64,000 nt of DNA, from the NCBI GenBank assembly GCA_024231905.1, contig JAAEQC010000140.1, forward strand, positions 56,566 through 120,565. Reading direction: 5' to 3'. This stretch comes from a bacterium. GTDB lineage: Bacteria; Krumholzibacteriota; Krumholzibacteriia; LZORAL124-64-63. Shown piece after piece: positions 28,826 to 38,380 of the stretch (position 1 is the stretch's first letter; each line of letters opens with the position of its first letter). Both the position numbers and the translations under genes were made by a program. The notes under the pieces are model-generated. The model made no database searches, was not told the origin of the DNA, and saw only the letters and a list, made by a program, of their open reading frames with translations.

Positions 28826-31151
28826 TCTCGTCCTGCAGTTCCCGTGACAGATCGCAGAAGTAGTCGCTGTAGCCGGCCACCCGCACGATGAGGTGCCGGT
28901 GCTGCTCGGGGGCGTCCTGGGCCCGGTGCAGGGTGTCGGCGGTGACCACGTTGAACTGCACGTGATGCCCGTCCTGGGCGAAGTAGCCCCGCACGAGTCC
29001 GGCCATGCGGTCCAGACCCGCCTCGCCCTCCAGCACCTGGGGGCTGAACTTGAGGTTCAGCAGGGTCCCGCCCGTCTTCACGTGGTCCATCTTGGCCGCC
29101 GACTGAAGGACCGCCGTGGGTCCCTTGCGGTCGGCGCCCTGGACGGGGGAGATGCCTTCCGAAAGCGGCTGATGGGCGCGCCGTCCGTCCGGGGTCGCGC
29201 CGATGACCGAGCCGAAGTAGACGTGGCAGGTCGTCGGCAGCATGTTCACGTGGACGGTGCCGCCGCGGCCGTTGGGCCGTCCGTCCACGCAGCGGAAGAA
29301 GGCGCCGAAGATGTGCTGCATGAAGCGGTCGGCCCGGTCGTCGTCGTTGCCGTACTTGGGGGGCTTGTTCACCAGGAGTTGGCGCAGGGGTTCAGCGCCG
29401 GCGAAGTCGGCGGCCATGGCGTCCAGCAACGCGCCCATGCCCACGCGCCCGGTGGCGAAGACCAGGTGGTCCAGGGCCGCCAGACTGTCGGTCAACGTGC
29501 CGGTACCCACGCCCTGGATGTAGCTCGTGTTGTAGCGGGCGCCGCCGGCATTGTAGTCCCCGCCCTTGGCGATGCAGTCGTCGATGAGGAGCGACAGGTA
29601 GGGCGCCGGTGCGTGTTCGGCGAAGGTGGTTTCGAGGATGGCGTTGCCTGCCACCTTGATGCCGATGAAGTGTTCGAGCTGGCCTTCCCAGGCCCGCAGC
29701 ACCTGGTCCATGGATTCGAAATCGCGGGGGTCGCCCGTGGGTGGGCCGAGCTGCTCGCCCGTCCGCGGATCGCGCCCGTCGTGGAGGACGAGTTCCAGGA
29801 GCTTGGCCAGGTTGAAATACCCGGTGAGGACGTAGGCCTCCTTGCCGAAGGCTCCCGTCTCCACGCAGCCGCTGTTGCCGCCGGCGCGGGCGTCCGTCAG
29901 GGACTTGCCCTGCCGCATCAGTTCCTTGACCACCGCGTCGGCGTTGAACACGGAGGGGAATCCGTACCCCTTGCGGATGACCCCGGCGGCGGCCTGCAGG
30001 AAGCGGTCCGACGTCTCCGTCGAGATCTGCACGTTGTTGCTGGGCTGGAGGATGTGCATCTCGTCGATGACCTCCAGCAGCAGGAGGCTCACCTCGTTGC
30101 TGGCGTCCCGACCGTCGGGAGTCAGGCCGCCCAGGTTGATGTTGGCGAAATCCGTGTAGGTGCCGCTCTCCTGCGCGGTCACACCCACCTTGGGCGGGGC
30201 CGGGTGGTTGTTGAACTTCACCCAGAAGCACTCGAGCAGTTCCTTGGCGCGGTCGCGGTTCAGGGTGCCGGCGGCCAGTTCGCGGGCGTAGAAGGGACCC
30301 AGGTGCTGGTCCAGGTGACCGGGGCTGAAGGCGTCCCAACCGTTCAACTCGGTGACGACTCCCAGGTGGTGGAACCAATAGGCCTGCAGCGCTTCGCGGA
30401 AGGTCTCAGGACGGTGGGCGGGCACCCGCGTGCACACGGCGGCGATGGTCTCCAACTCGACCCGGCGGCTCGGATCGTCGCAGGCGGCGGCCAGCTCCTG
30501 CGCCCGTTCGGCGTGGCGGCGGGCGAAGAGCATGGTCGCGTCGGCGGCGATGCGCATGGCCGTCAGCTGGTCGCGGCGGGCGGGGGAGTCCGGGGCGGCC
30601 GGGTCGAGCCCGGCCAGGACCACATCGATCTCCGCTTGCAGGTCGAGCAGACCCTTCCGGACGAATTTGTCGTCGGCCACCGTGTGGCCGGGCGCCCGCT
30701 GTTCCATGAACTCGGTGAAGACGCCGGCGGCGTAGGCCGCGTGCCACTCGTTTGGCAGGGAAGGGAAGGCCCGGTCCCGAATGGAACGGCCGCGCCAGAA
30801 GGGGATGACCGTCTCCTCGTAGGCGGCGATCACCGACTCGTCTACGGCGTAGCTCGTCTTCTCCCGGGCGTCGAGGATGCGCAGGTCTTCAGTCGAGTGG
30901 CAGGTGAGTTCGGGAAACGTGGGCACGACCAGGGGTGCGGGGCCGCGCTCGCCCACGATGAGTTCGTCGTCGCCCAGGTGGATCGTCTTATGGGCGCAGA
31001 GATACTGGAAAGCCAGGGCCCGGAGCACCGGCACCGGATGCTTGCCTTCCTCGCGCCGGTAGAAATCCGTGAGCAGGAGGGCGCGTTCGGCCGAGATGGA
31101 CGGCCGGGAGGCCAGGCTCCGGTCGCGCAGGCGTCGGACTCTCGTGTTCAT
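28794..31151 (-). CDS. hypD: Glycyl radical enzyme, trans-4-hydroxy-L-proline dehydratase type
   Basis: EFMEQRAPGHTV, ESGTYTDFANIN, SGCVE, YVLTGY, LPTTCHVYFG, RVAGYS; GGAGG RBS. Confidence 0.88.
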   Translation of the reverse strand: MNTRVRRLRDRSLASRPSISAERALLLTDFYRREEGKHPVPVLRALAFQYLCAHKTIHLGDDELIVGERGPAPLVVPTFPELTCHSTEDLRILDAREKTSYAVDESVIAAYEETVIPFWRGRSIRDRAFPSLPNEWHAAYAAGVFTEFMEQRAPGHTVADDKFVRKGLLDLQAEIDVVLAGLDPAAPDSPARRDQLTAMRIAADATMLFARRHAERAQELAAACDDPSRRVELETIAAVCTRVPAHRPETFREALQAYWFHHLGVVTELNGWDAFSPGHLDQHLGPFYARELAAGTLNRDRAKELLECFWVKFNNHPAPPKVGVTAQESGTYTDFANINLGGLTPDGRDASNEVSLLLLEVIDEMHILQPSNNVQISTETSDRFLQAAAGVIRKGYGFPSVFNADAVVKELMRQGKSLTDARAGGNSGCVETGAFGKEAYVLTGYFNLAKLLELVLHDGRDPRTGEQLGPPTGDPRDFESMDQVLRAWEGQLEHFIGIKVAGNAILETTFAEHAPAPYLSLLIDDCIAKGGDYNAGGARYNTSYIQGVGTGTLTDSLAALDHLVFATGRVGMGALLDAMAADFAGAEPLRQLLVNKPPKYGNDDDRADRFMQHIFGAFFRCVDGRPNGRGGTVHVNMLPTTCHVYFGSVIGATPDGRRAHQPLSEGISPVQGADRKGPTAVLQSAAKMDHVKTGGTLLNLKFSPQVLEGEAGLDRMAGLVRGYFAQDGHHVQFNVVTADTLHRAQDAPEQHRHLIVRVAGYSDYFCDLSRELQDEIIARTEHAGF

Positions 31152-31153
31152 GG

Positions 31154-32056
31154 TCATCCTCCGCAGGTCACGGCCAGGCCGCGGTCGGTGAAGGTGCGGA
31201 CGGCGCGCTCCAGATCCTCGGGATGGGGCGCGGCCGTGCCGATCAGTTCGTAGACGAGACCGAGGCGGTCGTACTTGTCGGCGCCGGTGGTGTGGTAGGG
31301 CAGCAACTGGATCTCTGGCTGCTGGGGAAAGTCGGCTACGAAGGCGGCGGTGGCCTCCAGGTTGGCCGGCGTGTCGGTCAGGCCGGGGATGAGGGGCAGG
31401 CGGACCTGGATCCTCCCGCCGGTGCGGACCAGCAGTCGCAGGTTCTCGTGGATGCGTCCGTTGCCCATGCCGCACCGCCGGCGGTGCTCGGCGGCATCCA
31501 TGAGCTTCAGGTCGAAGAGCACGAGGTCGGTCAGGGAGGCTGCGTCGAGCAGGAGATCCGTATCCACGTGCCCGCAGGTGTCCACGGCGGTCTTCACGCC
31601 GCGGCGGCGCAGTTCGGCCAGGCATTCCAGCACCAGGGACGCGTTGGCTCCCGACAGGGGTTCGCCGCCGGAGAAGGTGACGCCGCCGCCGGTGGTTCCG
31701 AAGTAGACCTGGTCCCGCAGGATTTCCGCCAGCAACTCGTCGGCGGACCAGGTGCGCCCCAGCAGGTCGCGGGCTCCCGTGGGGCAGGCGTCGGCGCAGT
31801 CGCCACAGGAGACGCAGTCGGCGGCCGCGGGCACGTCCAGGGGGCCGGCCGCGCCCTGGTCGCACACGGGTGTGCAGGCCTCACAGCCCAGACAACGATC
31901 GGCCAGCAGGGCCAGCTGGGGCCGGTAGTCCCAACTCTCGGGATTGTGGCACCAGGAGCAGCGCAGGGGACAGCCCTTGAGGAAGACGGTCGTGCGGATG
32001 CCCGGCCCGTCGTGCAGGCTGAAGCGCTGGATGTTGAACACCGTGGCCGTACTCAC
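31154..32056 (-). CDS. Glycyl-radical activating enzyme (radical SAM with ferredoxin insert)
   Basis: HDGPGIRT, GCPLRCSWCHNPE, two CxxCxxCxxxC clusters, SGGEP. Confidence 0.93.
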   Translation of the reverse strand: MSTATVFNIQRFSLHDGPGIRTTVFLKGCPLRCSWCHNPESWDYRPQLALLADRCLGCEACTPVCDQGAAGPLDVPAAADCVSCGDCADACPTGARDLLGRTWSADELLAEILRDQVYFGTTGGGVTFSGGEPLSGANASLVLECLAELRRRGVKTAVDTCGHVDTDLLLDAASLTDLVLFDLKLMDAAEHRRRCGMGNGRIHENLRLLVRTGGRIQVRLPLIPGLTDTPANLEATAAFVADFPQQPEIQLLPYHTTGADKYDRLGLVYELIGTAAPHPEDLERAVRTFTDRGLAVTCGG

Positions 32057-32727
32057 CCCAGTTCCTCCAGGTAGTAGCGGCGAATGAACTGCTCCTGCAC
32101 GGCGAAGGACCAGTGCACGTCGCGCACGAGCCGGGCCGCTTCGATCCAGTCGCTCTTCTCTAGGGCGGCGACGATGGCCTCGTGCTCGCCGGTGGACGCC
32201 AATTCCCACTCCTTGACGAAGGTGCGTTTGCGGGGGAAGTCGTACAGGCGCCGTTTCATGATCCCCACCTGGCGGACGAGTTCGGCGTTGGCCGATTGGT
32301 CCAGATAGGCGTTGTGGAACTCCAGGTTCGCAACGTAGAAGGTGTCGAAATCGTCCCGCGCCAGGGCCGACCGCATGGCGTCGTTGGCCGCGCCCATGGC
32401 CGCGAAGCCCTCGCCGGTGAGGCGACCGTATTCCGTGGCGATGACCGAACCTTCCAGGGCGCCGATCATCTGATAGAGGTTGCGGATGTCCTCTTCGGAC
32501 AACTCTCGCACCACCACGCCGCTGCGCGGACGGATGGTCACGAAGCCCTCGTTCTCCAGCCTCAGCAGGGCCTCGCGCAAAGGGGTGCGACTCACGCCGA
32601 GCCGCTCGGCCACCCGGTCCAAGTTGATGGTGGCGCCGGGACGCAGATCACCCCGTCCCAGATCCTCGCAAAGCACCTCGTAGACCTGCTGGCGCAACGA
32701 TGTGTGGTTCAGACGCAAACCGCTCAC
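32053..32727 (-). CDS. GntR-family (FCD) regulator
   Basis: GVSRTPLREAL; FH and EH motifs of the FCD domain. Confidence 0.92.
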   Translation of the reverse strand: MSGLRLNHTSLRQQVYEVLCEDLGRGDLRPGATINLDRVAERLGVSRTPLREALLRLENEGFVTIRPRSGVVVRELSEEDIRNLYQMIGALEGSVIATEYGRLTGEGFAAMGAANDAMRSALARDDFDTFYVANLEFHNAYLDQSANAELVRQVGIMKRRLYDFPRKRTFVKEWELASTGEHEAIVAALEKSDWIEAARLVRDVHWSFAVQEQFIRRYYLEELG

Positions 32728-32862
32728 GGAACGGCTCCTCGGTACCCATGATTATCGAACGCGAAACCTTATAACTGAAATCTAATATATCACAGTGCCC
32801 GATAGAATGAAAGGTCTTATCCGGTAGTAAGTTGCAGGGGGCGGTGAAGGCTCCCGGGGGCC

Positions 32863-34119
32863 TCAGGAGCGGGCCGCGATCCGCAATTCTTCCGCCGTCA
32901 CGCCGTCGAACTGTCCGAATTCCCGGGGATCCCTTTCGGCGATGGCCGCCGGGATGGACTCCAGCAAACGACCCCAATCCGCCTCGTCCAGTCCGTCGAT
33001 GAGGGCGGCGAACCTGTCGGCGGCAGGGGCGGGCTCCAGATAGCGCCGGTACATGGCTACCATGGACTGCAGCATGGGCAGGTAGGGCTGCAGGTCGGTG
33101 GTGGTGGACAGGACCTCGCTGTCGATCCAGGCGATGGGCACGCGCTCGATGCCGCCCCCGCCCCGCAGGCGTGTCTTGATGAGCAACTCGATGTCGAAGG
33201 CGAACTTCTTCTCCAGCAGGTCGCCGACGATGTCGCGCACCACGTCCGCCCGGAAGCCCTTGAAGCCGCACTGGGTGTCCACGATGTCGTCCAGCACGCC
33301 GATGACCCGCTTCCACAGGTAGATGAAGAGCTTGCCGCGGGTGTTGCGCACGCCCTGCTTGACGACCACCGAGGTGGGTTCCCGCCGTGAGCCGATGGCC
33401 GCGTCCCGACCGCGGCCCAGGATCGGTTCGAGCAGGAGGCCCGTCTGGCCCAGGTGCGTCGATAGGTCGGCGTCCGTGAAGACGACCACGTGGTTTTCCC
33501 GCTCGACCCGCGAGGCAGCCCACAGGCCCAGGGCGACGGCCCCGCCCTTCATGCTCTGGTTGGTATCGGTCAGGGGCCTGGTCACGTCCAGGCCCGCGGC
33601 GATGGCGTCGGCCAGGCGCAGCACCTGCACCCGGTCCGTCCAGTCGCGCGCTGTGGCCAGGCGTTCGGCGATGTCGCCGCTGCCCTCGGGGCAGCCGTCG
33701 TCCACGACGGTCAGATCCCAGCCGAAATCGTCGCGGCCGGCGGCGAGCCACTCCAGTTGCTCCACCTTGCGGACAAGAAAGTCCTCGCCGCCGGCCACCT
33801 CGGACGCGGGCTGGATGCGTTCGTGCTCCTTGTAGACGGCGAAGACCACCGACAGGTGAAGCGGACCCGGCAGGGCCGCCACCAGGGCTCGGGACAGGGC
33901 GAGCTTGGCCGCCAGATGACCCAGGAGCTTCACGTCCCCCGCAGCGACGAGCCGTTCCTCGAGGGACCGCAGGTCCGCTGCTTCCGGCGCCATGTCGAGC
34001 AGGGTGTCGGCCAGATCGCGGGCCGCCAGCAGATGGGTGGCGCTGGTGAGATCCAGGTCGGCCGGAGCCCCGGCGGTGGCTTCGGTCACGAACTGCTGGA
34101 GATGGTCGATCCCGGGCAT
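32863..34119 (-). CDS. GT2 glycosyltransferase (dolichyl/polyprenyl-phosphate sugar synthase-like)
   Basis: VVDDG, KGGAV, TDADLS, GSR, DTQCGFKGF, FAFDIE. Confidence 0.85.
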   Translation of the reverse strand: MPGIDHLQQFVTEATAGAPADLDLTSATHLLAARDLADTLLDMAPEAADLRSLEERLVAAGDVKLLGHLAAKLALSRALVAALPGPLHLSVVFAVYKEHERIQPASEVAGGEDFLVRKVEQLEWLAAGRDDFGWDLTVVDDGCPEGSGDIAERLATARDWTDRVQVLRLADAIAAGLDVTRPLTDTNQSMKGGAVALGLWAASRVERENHVVVFTDADLSTHLGQTGLLLEPILGRGRDAAIGSRREPTSVVVKQGVRNTRGKLFIYLWKRVIGVLDDIVDTQCGFKGFRADVVRDIVGDLLEKKFAFDIELLIKTRLRGGGGIERVPIAWIDSEVLSTTTDLQPYLPMLQSMVAMYRRYLEPAPAADRFAALIDGLDEADWGRLLESIPAAIAERDPREFGQFDGVTAEELRIAARS

Positions 34120-34215
34120 GGAGGTCCTTTCGGCGGCGGTTTTCGGCTGATCGTGGATGATAACCGGAGCCCCCGTCCGCGGCCAGCGGCTAATCGAGTT
34201 CTCGCTGCCGGAAGC

Positions 34216-34269
34216 GACACCCTTGACATAATCATGACATTAAACGACATTAAAAGACAGATGATGCCA
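34216..34269 (+). repeat. Phased GACA direct repeats (about 10-bp period) over a promoter
   Basis: GACA at 34216, 34225, 34236, 34246 and 34256, plus GCCA at 34266; includes TTGACA at 34223. Confidence 0.7.
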
Positions 34270-34289
34270 CACTAGCAAGGAGGATCATC

Positions 34290-34625
34290 ATGACCGATCG
34301 CCCGGATCTCCCGGAATTCCCCCCTATCCTGACCCTCGAACAGGCTGCCCGTCTCCTCCAGGTATCCACCCGGACCATCCAGCGCATGGTGAAGGACGGG
34401 CGCCTGCCCGGTCGCCAGGTGGGCTCCCAATGGCGCTTCGACCGGGAGCAGATCCGCGCCTGGGTGCGGGGCGAACACGACCCGGAGTCGGCGGCCGTCG
34501 CCCAGCGCGAACTCATCGAACGGGAGCGCGCCCGCCTGGGCGTGGACATGCCGGAGACCCTCATCGACATGCAGCAGGAGGCGGTCCGCCGCCATGCGGC
34601 TCGCCACCACCGCGACGAGGACTGA
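34290..34625 (+). CDS. Xis/BldC-like (HTH_17) DNA-binding protein with helical C-terminal tail
   Basis: LTLEQAARLLQVSTRTIQRMVKDGRLPG.QVGSQWRF; AGGAGG RBS. Confidence 0.88.
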   Translation: MTDRPDLPEFPPILTLEQAARLLQVSTRTIQRMVKDGRLPGRQVGSQWRFDREQIRAWVRGEHDPESAAVAQRELIERERARLGVDMPETLIDMQQEAVRRHAARHHRDED

Positions 34626-34635
34626 GAACATCCGC

Positions 34636-34672
34636 AAAATAAAACCCGGCCGGACCCGAAGGTCCGGCCGGG
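34636..34672 (-). terminator. Intrinsic terminator (S8 gene; possibly bidirectional)
   Basis: 12-bp stem CCCGGCCGGACC/GGTCCGGCCGGG with a T-run on the minus strand. Confidence 0.8.
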
Positions 34673-34705
34673 GATGCGCGACGCGCGGTTCCCGCAGGAG
34701 CCGCG

Positions 34706-37700
34706 TTACTTGATCAGGGTCATCCGCTTCGTGGCCGTGTTCTTCCCCGCCTGCACGCGGTAGAAGTACGTGCCCGAGGCCACGCCACGGGCGTACCACT
34801 CGACGATGTGACTGCCGGCGCCGTACTCGCGCGCCACCAGCGTCTCGACCTTCTCACCCTTGATGTTGAAGATGTCGATCTTCACGAACTCCGTCTTGGG
34901 CAGGTCGAAGGAGATCTTCGTCATGGGGTTGAAGGGGTTCGGGTAGTTCTGGCCCGCGGCGAACACCTTGGGCATGACCTTTTCGGCCATCATGTTTGCG
35001 CCGCCGGCGGTCAGGCCGCTCCATTCGATCTCGTCGACGTACACGTAGTCCCGGTTGCCGCTGGCGTCGCACATGAAGCGCAGCTTGGCGTTGGTCGGGT
35101 AGTTGTACGTGTTCGGGATCGTCACGGATTCGTAGTAGGTCGTGCCGTTGTTGAAGTCGGTCGTTCGGGCCCAGGTTTCGATGGTTTGCCAGCTGGAGCC
35201 GTCGTAGTACTGGAGCCAGAAGTCCTCTTTCGTGTTGTCCATGCTATAGGCGTAGAACGAGAAATCGACCTGGAGTTCCACGTAGCCGGATACGTTGTAG
35301 CTGTTCGTGTGATAGAACGACGAGGCCGTGCCGCTGTTGTCGCGGATCTCCATGGAGTAGCTGCCCTGGGGCGAGCGCGATCCGGAGTACCGCCGGCAGT
35401 CGCCGCCGCCGTCGGTGTAGTTGCCGATGCCGCTCTCGAAGTCGTCGTAGGTGATCTCCACCCAGTCCCCGCCCGAGCTAGGCTCGGTCACGGTGATGTA
35501 GTTGGACTTGGTTTCCCCGTCCGAACCGTAGGCGTTGGTCGCCGTCAGCGTCACCGAGTAGGTGCCGGCCGAGGTGTAGGTGTGCGCCGGGTTCTGGCTC
35601 GTGGAAGAACCGCCGTCACCGAAGTCCCAGTCCCAGCTGGTGGGCACGTCGGTGGAGGCGTCCGTGAACACCACGTCCAGCGGATAGGTGCCGCTGGTCG
35701 GCGTACCGGCGAAGGCGGCCGTGGGGGCCGTGCCGGCGGCGCCGGTCGTGACGCTGATGTCGTCGTAGGCGTGACCGTCGGTGGTCGCCATGTAGTTGTC
35801 GTACTGCTGGAACTTGACCACGAAGGTCGCGCTCAGGCTCAGGCCGTTGGCCGCCGCCAGGGCGTCCACGTCCAGGTCGAACTCGTTCCAGGTGTTGTTG
35901 GTGTAGCTGGCGCCGTTCAGGTCCTGGACCTTGGTGAACGAAGAGCCGCCGTCGTCGGAGAAGTACACGCCGTCGGCCGAGTGCGTCTCGTCGGAGAAGT
36001 CCTTCCACCAGAAGCCCAGATCGACCTGGCCCTCACCGGCGAGGTTCAGGTGCAGCCAGGCCTCGTTGGTGCTGTAGGTGCCGTTGGCCGAGCAGTCCAT
36101 GGTCAGGTGGTAGCTGCCCGAGTGGGGCGTGTTGCCCGTGGTGACCAGGATGCGTCCGTTGTTGTCCGAGGCCGAGGTCCAGTTGGGGCCCAGGTCGCCG
36201 GCCTCGAAGCCGTCGCTGAAGGGCACCGAGGCGTAGAGGTCGCCCGGGTCGGTCACGGTGATGTAGCCCGTCTTGGTCTCTCCGTCGGAACCGAACGCAT
36301 TGGTCGCCGTCAGGGTGACCGCGTACGAGCCGGCTGATGTGTAGGTGTAAGACGGGTTCTGGGCCGTCGAGGAACCGCCGTCGCCGAAGGTCCAGCTCCA
36401 GCTCGTGGGGGTGTTGCTCGAGGCGTCGGTGAAGCTCACGTCCAGGGGCAGGGAACCGCTGGTGGGCGAGCCGCTGAAGGCCGCCACCGGCGGGTCCTCC
36501 ACGGGGCCTCCGCCGCCCAGGGCCGCCTCGGCGTCGATCATGCCGTAGCCGCTGTAGCGGTCCCAGCCGCTGCCGGACTCGACGCTGGTCACGTCCTGGG
36601 CCGTGTCGACGATCTGTTGACGGATCTGGGCCGGCGTCCAGCCCGGGTTCTGGGACTTCAGCAGGGCTGCCACGCCGGCCGCGTAGGGTGTCGCGCAGCT
36701 GGTGCCGTTGAAGAAGCTGCTGTAGTCACCCGAGTCGTAGCCGCCCGAGCCCTGGATGTCGGTGGTCGGGAGGATCGTCGGGGCGAGGATGTCCACGGCA
36801 TCGGCAGCGTCGGCCGTCGTCACACCGTAGTTGGAGCCCCACCAGCGCTCACCGTCGCAGGTGTAGCCGTTGGGATCCGTGTTCACGCCAGGGTTCACCT
36901 CGCCGCTGCTGCTCGACGAGCGTTTCCGCTCGCCGCAGGGCGAGGCCGCGCCGACGCCGATGACGTTGGCGTTGATGGCCGGATAGCTGATGGTGCTGTC
37001 GTTTTCGTTGCCGGTAGCGGCGAAGATCGTGCAGCCCGCGTTGTAGGCGTACAGGAGGGCTGCATCGGTCGACGAGTCGCTGCTGATAGCCGCGCCGAGG
37101 CTCATGCTGATGATGTCGGCGCCGTTGTCGGCCGCGTGGTAGATGGCGTTGACGATGTACGAGAAGTACATGGAGCCACCGCTGTCGGCGATCTTCAGCG
37201 GCATGATCGAGCAACCGCCGGCGACACCCACGGCGCCCAGGCTGTTGTTCGAGATGGCCGCGGCCACACCGGCACAGGCGGTGCCGTGGCCGGCGGATGC
37301 GCTGTTGTCGTCCGGATTGCTGTCGCTGTCGCCATAGTCGTAGCCGGTGACCTGGTTCAGGTCCGGGTGGCCCACGTCGACGCCGCTGTCGAGGATGGCG
37401 ATCACGACGCCCGAGTTGCCGTAGGTCACGTCCCAGGCGCCGGGCGCGTTGGCGTCGAAGCCCACGGTGCCCACGGTGGTGGACAGGGTGTGGTCGTAGG
37501 TGCCGCCCCAGTCCAGATCGGGCAGCTGGGCCGTGTTGTCGTGGCCCCAGTTGTCCGCGTACATGGGATCGTTGGGGACGGCGGCCGGGAAGGCGCGCCA
37601 GTCCGGGTGCGCCGCCACGATGTCGGGGTCGGCGGCCAGACGGGAGGCCAGGGCCTCCATGTCTCCGGGCGCGACCCGCATCATGTACCAGTTCTCGTGG

Positions 37701-38032
37701 CCCGAAGCCGCCTTGTTCGGCTGGGCCGGGAAAATGAACGGACGCTCGATGGAGGTGACGCCTGCGGCCTGCGCGATGGCGTCGACTCCGGCGAGGCCGA
37801 AGGTGGCGTTGGGCACCCTGGCGCCGCGCTGCATGGGCACGGCTGACAGGGCCTTCAGGGGACTGGGTGCGAGCTTGACCAGCACCCGTCCCGGAGCGTA
37901 CGGGAGGACTTCTTCGCCGTAGGCGGCGTAGCCGTCCTGCACGGGGGAAAACTCCCGTGGGGCGCCGAAAGCAGACGTGGACAGGATGAAAATAAGAGTC
38001 AGGAGCATCAAGTGAACACGGCGAGATGACAT
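34706..38032 (-). CDS. Secreted S8 subtilase with two PKD domains and a T9SS-like C-terminal domain
   Basis: LDSG, HGT and GTS catalytic triad; WSWTFGDG and WDWDFGDG; NYPNPFNP...ASGTYFY. Confidence 0.93.
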   Translation of the reverse strand: MSSRRVHLMLLTLIFILSTSAFGAPREFSPVQDGYAAYGEEVLPYAPGRVLVKLAPSPLKALSAVPMQRGARVPNATFGLAGVDAIAQAAGVTSIERPFIFPAQPNKAASGHENWYMMRVAPGDMEALASRLAADPDIVAAHPDWRAFPAAVPNDPMYADNWGHDNTAQLPDLDWGGTYDHTLSTTVGTVGFDANAPGAWDVTYGNSGVVIAILDSGVDVGHPDLNQVTGYDYGDSDSNPDDNSASAGHGTACAGVAAAISNNSLGAVGVAGGCSIMPLKIADSGGSMYFSYIVNAIYHAADNGADIISMSLGAAISSDSSTDAALLYAYNAGCTIFAATGNENDSTISYPAINANVIGVGAASPCGERKRSSSSSGEVNPGVNTDPNGYTCDGERWWGSNYGVTTADAADAVDILAPTILPTTDIQGSGGYDSGDYSSFFNGTSCATPYAAGVAALLKSQNPGWTPAQIRQQIVDTAQDVTSVESGSGWDRYSGYGMIDAEAALGGGGPVEDPPVAAFSGSPTSGSLPLDVSFTDASSNTPTSWSWTFGDGGSSTAQNPSYTYTSAGSYAVTLTATNAFGSDGETKTGYITVTDPGDLYASVPFSDGFEAGDLGPNWTSASDNNGRILVTTGNTPHSGSYHLTMDCSANGTYSTNEAWLHLNLAGEGQVDLGFWWKDFSDETHSADGVYFSDDGGSSFTKVQDLNGASYTNNTWNEFDLDVDALAAANGLSLSATFVVKFQQYDNYMATTDGHAYDDISVTTGAAGTAPTAAFAGTPTSGTYPLDVVFTDASTDVPTSWDWDFGDGGSSTSQNPAHTYTSAGTYSVTLTATNAYGSDGETKSNYITVTEPSSGGDWVEITYDDFESGIGNYTDGGGDCRRYSGSRSPQGSYSMEIRDNSGTASSFYHTNSYNVSGYVELQVDFSFYAYSMDNTKEDFWLQYYDGSSWQTIETWARTTDFNNGTTYYESVTIPNTYNYPTNAKLRFMCDASGNRDYVYVDEIEWSGLTAGGANMMAEKVMPKVFAAGQNYPNPFNPMTKISFDLPKTEFVKIDIFNIKGEKVETLVAREYGAGSHIVEWYARGVASGTYFYRVQAGKNTATKRMTLIK

Positions 38033-38380
38033 TCGCTTCTCCTAGGGCTATGGGATTATGATGATGTTCGGGAAGGCGGACGCAGGCGCCCGTGATCCTT
38101 CCATCACGGTCAGCGACGTCCCACCAATTTATTGTGGCACAAGAAGATGTTGAGTTCGTCGGGGGACGATCGCTTGAGAGTATTATCACGAAACCTTGAT
38201 CCTGAGAACACTTATCACTGTCTTGTTACAAGAACGACACAAACGGGATTTCTCCATAGGAACTTCAGGATCGATGCCAAACGGAGGTCGGATTTCTCTC
38301 CGGACTGCAACTGGTTTTCCCACTACGATCAGTGTAACCTCCAGGGCGTCGTCCCTCTCCAATCCCGCAAGGAGCGCCCC

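Noticed and set aside
28794-31865. 1023-aa version of the GRE, or a pyruvate formate-lyase call
   Set aside because: The extension overlaps the activase gene and the RBS supports a start at 31151. The single-Cys GCVE motif is not the PFL Cys-Cys.
34216-34269. CRISPR array or iteron origin
   Set aside because: The repeats are only 4-9 bp with no spacers, and there are no cas or rep genes.
34290-34625. Prophage or ICE excisionase
   Set aside because: No integrase, att-linked tRNA or phage genes in the window.
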